Source: Flavobacteriales bacterium (GTDB lineage: Bacteria; Bacteroidota; Bacteroidia; NS11-12g; UBA955). From it: a DNA stretch of 64,000 bases. Below are positions 31,654 through 41,230 of the stretch, piece by piece. The DNA is taken from contig JAHEMG010000008.1 in assembly GCA_024643755.1 (NCBI GenBank), positions 928 to 64,927 of the forward strand, given 5' to 3'. The notes beneath the pieces were generated by a model. It made no database searches and had not been told where the DNA came from. It saw only the letters and a program-made list of their open reading frames with translations. A program made the translations under genes and the position numbers. The first letter of the stretch is position 1. Each line of letters begins with the position of its first letter.

Positions 31654-34542
31654 TTAGAAACGAATTGAGAAGCCCAACATCATGGTTCTAGCCTGTGGAT
31701 AGAAACCGTTATCAATACCTGCACCCAAAGCACCACCCACTGAACCCAAATCGGGATCGTAGCCCATGTACTTAGTGAGGGTGTAGAGGTTATTGGCCGA
31801 CAAATACACACGCAAACCAGCCATTTTCAATTTTTTCAATGACTGTCCTTTGAGCGTATATCCAATCTGCAAATTGCGCAAACGCAAGAACGAACCGTCT
31901 TCCACATAATAATCAGAGAATACGTTGTTTCTGGTCAGCGAAGTGGTCAAACGAGGATTCACATTGGTACTGTTTGGACCTGTCCATCGATCAATGGTAT
32001 ACGCCAACTGATTCGCATAGGGTTGCTGACGCTCGTAATTACGGACGATTTTTTGTCCCACCGCGGCATACAACTGCATCGAAATATCCCATCCTTTGCG
32101 TGAAAGGCTCAAATTATAACCCGCAGTAAATTTGGGCAATGGCGAACCCAACATCTTCTTGTCGCTGTCGTCTGAGAAGTTGATCACACCGTCACCATTC
32201 TGATCCACAAATTTCAAATCACCAGGTTTTGCTCCGGCTTGTTTCACAGTTGCATTGTCGATTTCTGCTTGCGATTGGAAAATACCCGCTGTTTCATAGC
32301 CCATGAAGAAACCAATGGGATAATCTTTCTGGAATCGCGATGCAGTACTTCCACCTACCCCAAAGGCAGCGCCTGGAATGAAATCCACGCCATCTGGGGT
32401 GCTAAGCACAACGTTTTTCAAATAAGCAAAATTCAATCCCATAGAAACATTCCAGCGATTTTTCACGGCACTTTGGTATTGAACATCCAATTCCACACCA
32501 CTGTTCGATACGTCACCAGCATTGATGATTGGCGGATAGCTACCAGGTCCGGCAGTACCCAACACACCCGAAACCTCAGGTTGAAACAACAAATCCTTGG
32601 TGCGCTTTACAAAGTAGTTCACCGTGGTGGTAAATTTCTTGCCCAAGGTCACATCCGCCCCCACGTTGAATTGAGACGTTGATTCCCATTTCAAATCAGG
32701 GTTGCTGGCGCGACCGATCGCCACACCTTTTACGATGATGTCGTTGAAAATATAATCCCCCTCACCGTTGAGCAAACCACGGTAAGCAAAATTCTCGATT
32801 TGGTCATTTCCGCTAATACCATAACTCATACGCAACTTGGCGCTACGCATCCAAGAAATGTTGTAAAAGTCCTCGTCTGAAATCAACCAAGCCCCAGACA
32901 AAGTAGGGAACCAACCCCAACGGGCGTTCGGACCAAATTTGCTAGATCCATCGCGACGTAAAATGCCCGACAAGAAATAGCGATTTTTTACATTGTATTC
33001 ACTGCGAACGAAGGCAGATAGCAATCGCTCGGTAAACTCCCAAGAATAAACGTTGTTCAAGTATCCGCCCGCTGCCAAGTTTGCAGAGATATCGGCGAAT
33101 TCCAAGGAATTATTGGGAATGTTATAGGCAGTACCTCCAAGGTAGTTGCCACGGCGTTGAAACACAGAGAAACCTGCAGTGGTTTTCAACTTGTTTCCGC
33201 CGGCAAATTCTTTTTGATGATTCAAAAATGATTCAAAGTTCAAGTCGCCATAAGTGGCACGTCCTTCAGAAACTGATGCACCTCGCTCAATTTTGGTCCC
33301 CGGTGCGATTTCCACCATAGTGGGATCCAAGTTTTCATTGAGGGCCGTATTCTGGGCTTTGCCAGGACCGAACCACGACAAAGGTGAAAATGACTTGTTA
33401 TCAACCAATGCGAAGTTGTAGTTAAAGCGATTGGTGAACGACAAGTTATCGGTCAAATCAGCAGTTAATTCTTGCTTGCCCACAAATTTGTTTACCCAGG
33501 CCCAGTTGTAGGTATTCTCCATTTGGGCGAAGGGATTGATGATATCAGCCACCTCTTCTAAGTAGGTGTATTTTCCATTCGATGAGCGAATAGGATCTGT
33601 AGGAAATGCGTTGATGGTATTATACAATACGCTGCCAATGCCATTTTCTGGCAATGCAGAACGCTTCTCGTTGGTGTACAAAAACACGCTACTGTAGCGC
33701 CATTTGTCAGACAATCGGGTATCAAAGTTGGCCCGACCGTTTAAGCGGTTAAAGTTGGCTTTTTCCAAGCCCACGATTCCCTGTTGATTAAATATACTTC
33801 CGCCGATGGAATAAGTTGATTTTTCATTTCCCCCACTCACCGATGCGTTGTACTGGTAAACCGGCGCCAATTTGAAGATCGAATCTTGCCAGTTGGTACC
33901 CTCACCCAAAGAGGTGTTTTTGAATGGCATGGGCTCTCCGCCGGCTGCGAACATTTCGTTCTTCAGTACGGCATATTCCTTTGCATTCAACAAGTCCAAC
34001 TTTTTTGCGGTTTGTTGGAGTCCCTGAAACCCAGAAATCTCCCAACGCGGTGCCGATTTAAGCTGTCCTTTCTTTGTCTCCACAATGATTACGCCATTGG
34101 CCGCACGAACACCGTAAATACCAGCAGTTGCATCCTTCAATACGTTAATCGATGCGATATCGTTCGGGTTCAAAGCATTCAATCCCTCACTGTCATACAC
34201 AACACCATCCACCAAAATCAGTGGATCGTTATCGCCAAACGTACTTAGTCCACGAATGCGAATACTCGATGTACCACCAGGAGAACCTGAGTTTGTACTC
34301 ACCACTACACCGGGAATCTGACCTTGCAGGGCTTGGTCCATCCGTGGAATGTTCAACTTCTCCAAGGCTTGACCTTTAATCGAGGAGTTGGCACCCGTAA
34401 ATTCTTTTTTTGTGGCCTTACCATAACCGATAATCAACACATCCTCCATCTTTCCGGAGGTGTCTGTATTGTTGGTTTGTCCTTGCAGGGAGGTTCCGTA
34501 GAACGCACAGCAAGCCACGACGCATTGAAACGACAATCGCAT
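31654..34542 (-). CDS. susC: SusC-type TonB-dependent transporter (no carboxypeptidase-like N-terminal extension)
   Basis: Plug domain begins about 30 aa after the signal peptide (VLIIGYGKATKKEFTGA, IRIRGLSTF, PLILVDGV). Large barrel ending in ...MLGFSIRF. Confidence 0.9.
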   Translation of the reverse strand: MRLSFQCVVACCAFYGTSLQGQTNNTDTSGKMEDVLIIGYGKATKKEFTGANSSIKGQALEKLNIPRMDQALQGQIPGVVVSTNSGSPGGTSSIRIRGLSTFGDNDPLILVDGVVYDSEGLNALNPNDIASINVLKDATAGIYGVRAANGVIIVETKKGQLKSAPRWEISGFQGLQQTAKKLDLLNAKEYAVLKNEMFAAGGEPMPFKNTSLGEGTNWQDSIFKLAPVYQYNASVSGGNEKSTYSIGGSIFNQQGIVGLEKANFNRLNGRANFDTRLSDKWRYSSVFLYTNEKRSALPENGIGSVLYNTINAFPTDPIRSSNGKYTYLEEVADIINPFAQMENTYNWAWVNKFVGKQELTADLTDNLSFTNRFNYNFALVDNKSFSPLSWFGPGKAQNTALNENLDPTMVEIAPGTKIERGASVSEGRATYGDLNFESFLNHQKEFAGGNKLKTTAGFSVFQRRGNYLGGTAYNIPNNSLEFADISANLAAGGYLNNVYSWEFTERLLSAFVRSEYNVKNRYFLSGILRRDGSSKFGPNARWGWFPTLSGAWLISDEDFYNISWMRSAKLRMSYGISGNDQIENFAYRGLLNGEGDYIFNDIIVKGVAIGRASNPDLKWESTSQFNVGADVTLGKKFTTTVNYFVKRTKDLLFQPEVSGVLGTAGPGSYPPIINAGDVSNSGVELDVQYQSAVKNRWNVSMGLNFAYLKNVVLSTPDGVDFIPGAAFGVGGSTASRFQKDYPIGFFMGYETAGIFQSQAEIDNATVKQAGAKPGDLKFVDQNGDGVINFSDDSDKKMLGSPLPKFTAGYNLSLSRKGWDISMQLYAAVGQKIVRNYERQQPYANQLAYTIDRWTGPNSTNVNPRLTTSLTRNNVFSDYYVEDGSFLRLRNLQIGYTLKGQSLKKLKMAGLRVYLSANNLYTLTKYMGYDPDLGSVGGALGAGIDNGFYPQARTMMLGFSIRF

Positions 34543-34582
34543 ATCTAGTAATTGGGTTTTGTGAAGTTAAAGATAAAAAAAA

Positions 34583-34600
34583 GGGGGTGTTTCCACCCCC
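34583..34600 (-). terminator. Intrinsic terminator after the tandem-module T9SS gene, about 40 nt upstream of the susC ATG
   Basis: On the minus strand: GGGGGUG GAAA CACCCCC followed by U8 (A-run 34575-34582 on +). Confidence 0.75.
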
Positions 34601-34620
34601 CAATATAAACTATGAAAAAA

Positions 34621-35904
34621 TTATTGCTTGATAAAGCGCTGAACTGCAGTGCCTTCGTTAGTCTCAACAGAGATCAAGTACGCACCAGCAGCCAATTGGG
34701 TAGCAGAGATCTGGGCAGAGCTGTTTTTCACAGACACTTCCTTCACGATCTGACCGCTCAAATTCAATACACGAACGACATTGATGGTAGCACCATTGGC
34801 CAAGCTCACGTTGAAATCGCCGTTGCTAGGGTTAGGATAGATAACCAATCCGTTAACAACATTGTTCTTAACTGCGCTCACTGGACGGGTGGTTTTCACC
34901 AACTCGTAGTGCCAGTACGCACCGTTTCCAATTCCGATGTCTACTTTCATGGTATCTGCAACGATAGCAACTTCGTAAGTGATTGTGTCTTTTGCGTTTG
35001 CTGGCGCAGACAATTCACCACCGTTGTAGGCCTTTGGCAATCCCAAGTATGAACCTTTACCCACCAAAGTGATGGTTCCATTGTTTTTATTGGCTGACCA
35101 CTTGCCTGCATTTGCACCATCGTGAGGCGCTACTGGCGTACCGCAAGCAAATGAACCACCCTGCCATCCTTCCAAGAAGGTTGAACCTTGCAATTCATTT
35201 TTGAATGTACCGTCTGCATCGAAATTGTAGATATCGTCGTACTGACAAGCACGCACACCGGTAATTTCCGCTGCAGGAACTTTCCACCAACCGAAATCGC
35301 CTTTGGCAGGTCCTACGGCCATTGAAGTTTCAACGGGACGCAATTTCCACAAACCAACTGGGTTGATTTCAGGCATTTTCTTCACCAATTCGAAGTGCCA
35401 GTATCCACCACCAATTGAAATATCTACAGACATGTTGCTTCCGGTAACAGATACTTCGTAAGTGATAGAATCTTTGGCATCAGCCACTTTCGACAATTCA
35501 CCACCGTTGTAGGCCTTTGGCAAACCAATGAAAGCACCCTTACCGTACAAGGTAACAGTACCTTTGGCCGCATCGTACTTCCAAGTTGCATTACCTGAAC
35601 CATCAAAAGGAGCTACAGGAGTTCCACAAGCAAAACTTCCACCCATCCATCCTTCAACGAAGGTTGAACCTTGGAAGTTCATTTTGTAAGTACCGTCTGC
35701 ATTGAATACAAACTCGTCATCGTACTGACAAGTACGTGCACCTGTGATTTCTGCTGCAGGTACTTTCCACCAACCATAATCACCTTTGGCAGGTCCTACC
35801 GCCAAAGAAGTTTCTACTGGCGACAAAGTCCATGTACCAGCGATTTGAGCCAAGCTGCTACCAACGAGGGCGGCGAACACGGCGAGAGTAGTTATTTTTT
35901 TCAT
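34621..35904 (-). CDS. T9SS-secreted protein with two tandem ~165-aa putative glycan-binding modules
   Basis: Signal peptide. There are two highly similar repeats (GTWTLSPVETSLAVGPAKGDYGWWKV...QYDDEFVFNADG / GLWKLRPVETSMAVGPAKGDFGWWKV...QYDDIYNFDADG). The C-terminal CTD is IYPNPSNGDFNVSL...GAYLISVETNEG. Confidence 0.7.
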   Translation of the reverse strand: MKKITTLAVFAALVGSSLAQIAGTWTLSPVETSLAVGPAKGDYGWWKVPAAEITGARTCQYDDEFVFNADGTYKMNFQGSTFVEGWMGGSFACGTPVAPFDGSGNATWKYDAAKGTVTLYGKGAFIGLPKAYNGGELSKVADAKDSITYEVSVTGSNMSVDISIGGGYWHFELVKKMPEINPVGLWKLRPVETSMAVGPAKGDFGWWKVPAAEITGVRACQYDDIYNFDADGTFKNELQGSTFLEGWQGGSFACGTPVAPHDGANAGKWSANKNNGTITLVGKGSYLGLPKAYNGGELSAPANAKDTITYEVAIVADTMKVDIGIGNGAYWHYELVKTTRPVSAVKNNVVNGLVIYPNPSNGDFNVSLANGATINVVRVLNLSGQIVKEVSVKNSSAQISATQLAAGAYLISVETNEGTAVQRFIKQ

Positions 35905-36189
35905 GTAAAATTAATTTTATTGGCTCAAATATAGCCGAATAATTGAGTTATGGTAATTTCAACAATAACTTTTTGGTAATAAATCCCCTTTGTTTGACAA
36001 TAGACATTCGCAAATTCAACAAAAAGGGCTATCCCCTCTCAAATACAGCGGGAATTCAACATTTCACGACAAACAATAAGGTTGCTTTGTCATAGAAATG
36101 TCATAAAAATATTACACAATTAGCATTAAACCCCTTCCAATATTCATCGTCTAACACCCAAATTCGTAACTATTTATATTTTCCATATC

Positions 36190-37821
36190 GTGAAAACCCG
36201 CCTATCGCAATTACTACCAATTTTACTGTTTTCGTTGACTACAGTTATCAAGGCCCAACTGCCAAACATCATTCTCGGAAGGCCCACCGATACCTCTATC
36301 ACGGCCTCCATTCAATTTTCCCAAGACGTAGACTATTACCTTGAATATGGAACACAGCCCGGCAACTATACCCACACAACGCCCACCATCAGTCACAAAT
36401 CCACCCAGCCCGACGAAATTGTGCTGCACAACTTGTTCCCCAATACCCGATACGTATATCGCGTTCAGTCCAAAATACCCGCAAAACCATCGTTCACACC
36501 CTCTCCAGAATACAACTTCCACACCCAACGACCCCAAGGTAGCGCATTCACATTCACCATTGAAGCAGACGAGCACCTTTACGATAAAAAGGGGGTGGCA
36601 AACATGTATAAAATCACCCTAGAAAATCAGGCGAAAGACAAGCCCGACTTCATGCTTTCGCTGGGTGATATTTTCGGTGATGACCACAACCCATTTACCA
36701 TCACCCCCACCGAAATTGATGCGCTTCACAAAAACTACAGACCCTACCTAGGTGCCATCACACACTCAATCCCTTTCTACGTTTGCTTAGGCAACCACGA
36801 AGGCGAAATGGACTATTACCTTCTGAAAAACCCTGGCAACAACCTCGCGCATCACAGCACGTACTATCGAAAGTTTTACTACCCCAATCCCTCTCCCAAT
36901 GGTTTTTATTCAGGTAATATCGACCAAGAACCCTTCGGTATCGATATGCCCGAAAACTACTATGCATGGACTTGGGGCGATGCACTATTTGTTGTGATGG
37001 ATGTGTATCGCGATCAGTGCGACACCTCCGCAAAACCTGGCGGCTGGGCATGGTCGCTCGGAAAACCCCAATACGACTGGCTAAAAAGCACCCTTGAAAA
37101 CAGCACCGCTAAACACAAACTCGTGTTTGCACACCATGTTTCTGGACAAGGGAGGGGTGGCATTGTACAAGCAAAATACTATGAATGGGGTGGACTCGAC
37201 AAAAACAACACCAATACGTTTGCCGCCAAAAGACCCGGTTGGGCAAAGCCCATTCATCGATTGTTTGTAGACAACGGGGTAGATATATTTTTCCAGGGAC
37301 ATGATCATGTGTTTGCCCACGAAATCATGGATGGTGTTACATATCAAGCCGTACCGATGCCCAGTGATTCTACTTACCTTATTGGAAAACTCGCCAACGC
37401 CGATGCCTACACCGCAGACACCTTGGATGGCACAGGTCACATCCGCGTAACGGTAAATAACGCCTGTATCACCGTGGACTATGTAAAGGCCTTCCTTCCC
37501 AAAGATACATTAGATGGCAAACATAAAAATGGAGAAATCGCATTCTCATATACCGTAGGCGACTGCAGTTTATCGCAAACACAACCCAACAAAGAAATCC
37601 TGAAGATCCAACCCAATCCTGCTAACCAGCGCTTGCTGATTCAATACCCAGAACATTGGCAATCGCCCAACATTCAACTGTTCAATACAAAAGGACAATT
37701 GGTGCATTTATCGAATTCCCCTGAAATCAATACACATTCCCTCCTACCCGGCCTCTACTACGTGGTTGTGGATAATGGTCATCAAAAAGTTACAGAAAAA
37801 GTCATCATTCAACACCCCTAA
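36190..37821 (+). CDS. Purple-acid-phosphatase-like metallophosphoesterase with T9SS type A CTD
   Basis: GTG start plus signal peptide. N-terminal PAP Fn3-like domain. Metallophosphoesterase motifs are GDIFGDD, LGNHE, FAHH and GHDHVF. The CTD is IQPNPANQRLLIQY...GLYYVVVDNG. Confidence 0.8.
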   Translation: MKTRLSQLLPILLFSLTTVIKAQLPNIILGRPTDTSITASIQFSQDVDYYLEYGTQPGNYTHTTPTISHKSTQPDEIVLHNLFPNTRYVYRVQSKIPAKPSFTPSPEYNFHTQRPQGSAFTFTIEADEHLYDKKGVANMYKITLENQAKDKPDFMLSLGDIFGDDHNPFTITPTEIDALHKNYRPYLGAITHSIPFYVCLGNHEGEMDYYLLKNPGNNLAHHSTYYRKFYYPNPSPNGFYSGNIDQEPFGIDMPENYYAWTWGDALFVVMDVYRDQCDTSAKPGGWAWSLGKPQYDWLKSTLENSTAKHKLVFAHHVSGQGRGGIVQAKYYEWGGLDKNNTNTFAAKRPGWAKPIHRLFVDNGVDIFFQGHDHVFAHEIMDGVTYQAVPMPSDSTYLIGKLANADAYTADTLDGTGHIRVTVNNACITVDYVKAFLPKDTLDGKHKNGEIAFSYTVGDCSLSQTQPNKEILKIQPNPANQRLLIQYPEHWQSPNIQLFNTKGQLVHLSNSPEINTHSLLPGLYYVVVDNGHQKVTEKVIIQHP

Positions 37822-37835
37822 GACATCAACACTTT

Positions 37836-39551
37836 ATGAAATTACCCCTACTCATTTTGGGACTGCTCGGTGCAATCCAACTCCAATCGCAAAACCTGTA
37901 TCACCGAGAATTGTTGGGCAGACCCACCGATAAAGAAATTACTTTACAAGTAGCCTTTGCGGATAGTGCCGAAGCCTATGTGCGATACGGAACAGCATCT
38001 GGCAATCTCACGAATCAAACGCCTTGGCAAATGATGCGCGTGGGTGATCCAACTGAAATCATTATCAACAATCTCACCCCCAACAAACAGTATTTCTACC
38101 AGCTGGTCTATCGCAAACCCAAAACCACACAGGAAACCATCAGGCCCGAATTCACATTTCACACCCAAAGACCTTCGAATCAAGCCTTCACCTTCGTGGT
38201 TCAAGCCGATCCGCATTTGGACCCATTGAGCGATACCGCTGTTTACAAACGCTGCCTGCAAAATCAGCTTGAAGACAAGCCCGATTTCATGATTGACCTG
38301 GGCGATATCATCATGACAGACAAGTTAGTTCGGGCTGGCAGCAAGGTTGTTACACAAGACACCATCGTATACCGCAACCACCTGATGCGCAAATATTATG
38401 AAACCATCACCCACTCAGTACCCTTGTTTATTGCCATCGGTAATCACGAAGCCGAAAATGGATGGAATTTGAATGGCACTGCCAACAATATGGCTGTTTG
38501 GGGCACCAATGAACGCAACAAATATTTTATCAACCCCAAACCAGACAACTTCTATACGGGTGACCAAACTTCACACCCATTTGTGGGACAACGAAAAAGT
38601 TATTACGCATGGACATGGGGCGATGCACTTTTCATTGTGCTCGATCCTTATTTCCATACTGCCGTAAAACCCGATAGCTTGAACGGATGGCGATGGACAC
38701 TGGGCAAAACCCAATATGATTGGTTAAGAAGCACTTTGGAAGGCAGCACAGCAAAATACAAATTCGTCTTCTCCCACCAATTGGTAGGTGGCGACAAAGA
38801 TGGTAGAGGTGGTGTAGAACCAGCCAACAAATATGAATGGGGTGGCGACAACCTTGATGGAACCCGCGGATTTGAAACCCAACGTCCCGGATGGTACAAA
38901 CCCATCAAAGACCTACTCACCGATCATCGAGTGACCATCTTCTTCCACGGGCATGACCACTTTTTTGGCAAACAACAAAAAGAGTGTCTTGTGTACCAAG
39001 AAACCCCTCAACCCAGCCATCCCAATTATTCGAGCGCCAACTACGCTGATGATTATGGATATTTTGAAGGACAGATTTTGCCCAATTCTGGCCATCTACG
39101 CGTAACGGTTGCACCCGAAGGCGTGAAAGTGGATTACGTGAGGGTCTACAAAGCATCTGTAGAATCGGCCACACGCAAAAACAAAGATGTTTCTGCTACC
39201 TATTTTATCGGGGCGGTTAATTGCTATGATTCCTTGAATACCAACTCTCCTGTGATATGGAATTCCAATTATGTACAAGAATGGGTACAACCCAATCCAT
39301 CGCCAGGTGAAACCCTATTGCGATTTCAAATCGTTCAAACCGAGCCCGTAAATTTACAAATCTTTGATGCGCAAGGTCGGTTAGTGCGTAACTTGCTCAA
39401 CCAAAACACATTGCAAACTGGCGAGTTCACAGTGGTTTGGGATGGATGCAATGCCCTCGGCGCTCCCTTGCCCAATGGAACTTATACCTACTGCTTAAAA
39501 GGCAAAACCCACGGTGAACGCTGCGGAAAAATCATACTCAACAGACCCTAA
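37836..39551 (+). CDS. Purple-acid-phosphatase-like metallophosphoesterase with T9SS CTD (paralog of 36190-37821)
   Basis: Colinear with its neighbour (YAWTWGDALFIVLD, GKTQYDWLRSTLEGSTAKYKFVFSHQ, GHDHFF). The CTD is VQPNPSPGETLLRF...GTYTYCLKGK. Confidence 0.8.
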   Translation: MKLPLLILGLLGAIQLQSQNLYHRELLGRPTDKEITLQVAFADSAEAYVRYGTASGNLTNQTPWQMMRVGDPTEIIINNLTPNKQYFYQLVYRKPKTTQETIRPEFTFHTQRPSNQAFTFVVQADPHLDPLSDTAVYKRCLQNQLEDKPDFMIDLGDIIMTDKLVRAGSKVVTQDTIVYRNHLMRKYYETITHSVPLFIAIGNHEAENGWNLNGTANNMAVWGTNERNKYFINPKPDNFYTGDQTSHPFVGQRKSYYAWTWGDALFIVLDPYFHTAVKPDSLNGWRWTLGKTQYDWLRSTLEGSTAKYKFVFSHQLVGGDKDGRGGVEPANKYEWGGDNLDGTRGFETQRPGWYKPIKDLLTDHRVTIFFHGHDHFFGKQQKECLVYQETPQPSHPNYSSANYADDYGYFEGQILPNSGHLRVTVAPEGVKVDYVRVYKASVESATRKNKDVSATYFIGAVNCYDSLNTNSPVIWNSNYVQEWVQPNPSPGETLLRFQIVQTEPVNLQIFDAQGRLVRNLLNQNTLQTGEFTVVWDGCNALGAPLPNGTYTYCLKGKTHGERCGKIILNRP

Positions 39552-39561
39552 TCCCTTCCCC

Positions 39562-41202
39562 ATGAAAACAAAAATCTTCCTATTACTCTGTATTATTTCT
39601 TACCTACTTCCGCTCAAGATTTCTGCCCACGATGCACACTACCAAGATGCTAAACCAAGGGTTTGGAACACCCACAACGGGCCAGTGACAGCCACCTTTT
39701 TCCTCCTAAAAAATCAAGACGTTTTATTGGAAGAGCCAAACGGACAAATTAAAACGATTCCATTGTTATCATTTTCGCGGAACGACCAACAATTTATCGC
39801 ACAGAAGCAAGCCTGGATACAAAAAATCAACCAACTCCAGCAGTCGAAAAGCGCACAAAACAGCACTCGGTATACGCAATTACAGCAACCCAATTCAACA
39901 GAAGTCAATAACCGCCGTGAATTATTGTGGATCGTAATCATACTAGGCTTTTTGGCCATTATCATCCGATTCACATCGCGTTTACAACCCCTAAGATTTG
40001 TCTTACCCATACTTGCAACAATTATCTTATTGACTGCCAGTAGCTTTACCTACAAATCAATGAAATGGATGGGACTTAGCACCCGTATTTCATTTCTCGA
40101 TAGCGCATTCTCTTATTACAAACCGAGCATCGCAACGCGGTCAGACAACAATTATTACTATGTAGAATCCACTGGTTTGCCTGATCATGAAACCATGCTT
40201 GGCATTACCTCTTGGCAACAGCAAGTACCCATTCCACAGTGTTACATTGGAAGCAACGCATGGTCTATTCCTGTTAACCCGACCATCGCCGCCACGCCTG
40301 TTCCTGTAAATCAAAACCACTTTTTGCGCGGTGCCATTGCATTGGCAGTCAATGGCATTCCCATCTTTAATCCCTACACAAATACAGGGGTGGATGCCTT
40401 TTTAGACGGTCAGTTAGACCAATACGGAGGACACAGCGGCAGAGCCGACGACTACCATTACCACATCGCACCTACCATACTCTACAATAAAATCCCAAAA
40501 ACGTCTCCAGTAGCTTTTGCCTTGGATGGATTTGCCGTTTACGGAAACCTTGAACCCGATGGTTCGGCGCAAAAATCGCTCGACGCCAATCATGGCCATT
40601 ACGGCAGCGATGGCATCTACCATTACCACTCCAGTGCAACCGCTCCATACATGATTGGCAATATGGTTGGCACCGTTACCGAAGATGCAACAATGCAAAT
40701 CATTCCACAAGCAGCCGCAAAAGGCGTAAGACCCGCACTCACTCCCTTGAAAGGCGCCACCATTACCCACTGCCACCCGTATCCCGCAGGAAATGGATTC
40801 AAGCTCACCTACACCGTGGGCACCGAAAAAGATACGGTGGATTACAGTTGGACCGCCACAGGAGATTACACCTATAAGTTCATCACACCTGCAGGCACTA
40901 CCACCAGCAATTACAAAGGTCAAGCCATCTGCAAAGTCACCGTCGGAAATCACAAAACCACGGAATTGATCTCTGCCGTTTTTGTAGATCCCAACCGAAT
41001 CATACAAATCATTTCCCAACAAGAATCTCAACTCAATCAAGAAATTGTTATCATCAACAGTGCAGGTCAAATAATTTACAGCACCAACAACCAAAGTAAG
41101 CAACTCCAAATCCCTACAGATGGATGGCCATCAGGCATCTATTACCTTCAATCAAAATCCCCTAGAACTACAGGGAAAACGCATAAATTCTTATTACACT
41201 AA
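39562..41202 (+). CDS. SHD1-like domain / two TM segments / YHYH-domain protein with CTD-like tail
   Basis: ATG 39562 plus signal peptide. RVWNTHNGPVTATFFLLKNQDVLLEEPNGQIKTIPLLSFSRNDQQF resembles the SLA1-homology SHD1 domain. Hydrophobic segments are LLWIVIILGFLAIIIRF and FVLPILATIILLTASSF. It carries DDYHYH and GIYHYH motifs (YHYH family) and a C-terminal beta-sandwich tail. Confidence 0.65.
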   Translation: MKTKIFLLLCIISYLLPLKISAHDAHYQDAKPRVWNTHNGPVTATFFLLKNQDVLLEEPNGQIKTIPLLSFSRNDQQFIAQKQAWIQKINQLQQSKSAQNSTRYTQLQQPNSTEVNNRRELLWIVIILGFLAIIIRFTSRLQPLRFVLPILATIILLTASSFTYKSMKWMGLSTRISFLDSAFSYYKPSIATRSDNNYYYVESTGLPDHETMLGITSWQQQVPIPQCYIGSNAWSIPVNPTIAATPVPVNQNHFLRGAIALAVNGIPIFNPYTNTGVDAFLDGQLDQYGGHSGRADDYHYHIAPTILYNKIPKTSPVAFALDGFAVYGNLEPDGSAQKSLDANHGHYGSDGIYHYHSSATAPYMIGNMVGTVTEDATMQIIPQAAAKGVRPALTPLKGATITHCHPYPAGNGFKLTYTVGTEKDTVDYSWTATGDYTYKFITPAGTTTSNYKGQAICKVTVGNHKTTELISAVFVDPNRIIQIISQQESQLNQEIVIINSAGQIIYSTNNQSKQLQIPTDGWPSGIYYLQSKSPRTTGKTHKFLLH

Positions 41203-41230
41203 TTCCTGTAACATATCAGTCCAAAACCAA

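Noticed and set aside
35905-36189. Four ACAAT motifs and a GACAAA-N12-TTTGTC inverted repeat in the 285-nt AT-rich region between the PUL edge and the PAP operon
   Set aside because: The motifs are short, the region is AT-rich and the spacing is irregular. I cannot distinguish them from background without comparative data.
40414-41109. 231-aa ORF on the - strand
   Set aside because: It is antisense to the YHYH-domain gene and has no recognisable motifs or signal. Shadow ORF.
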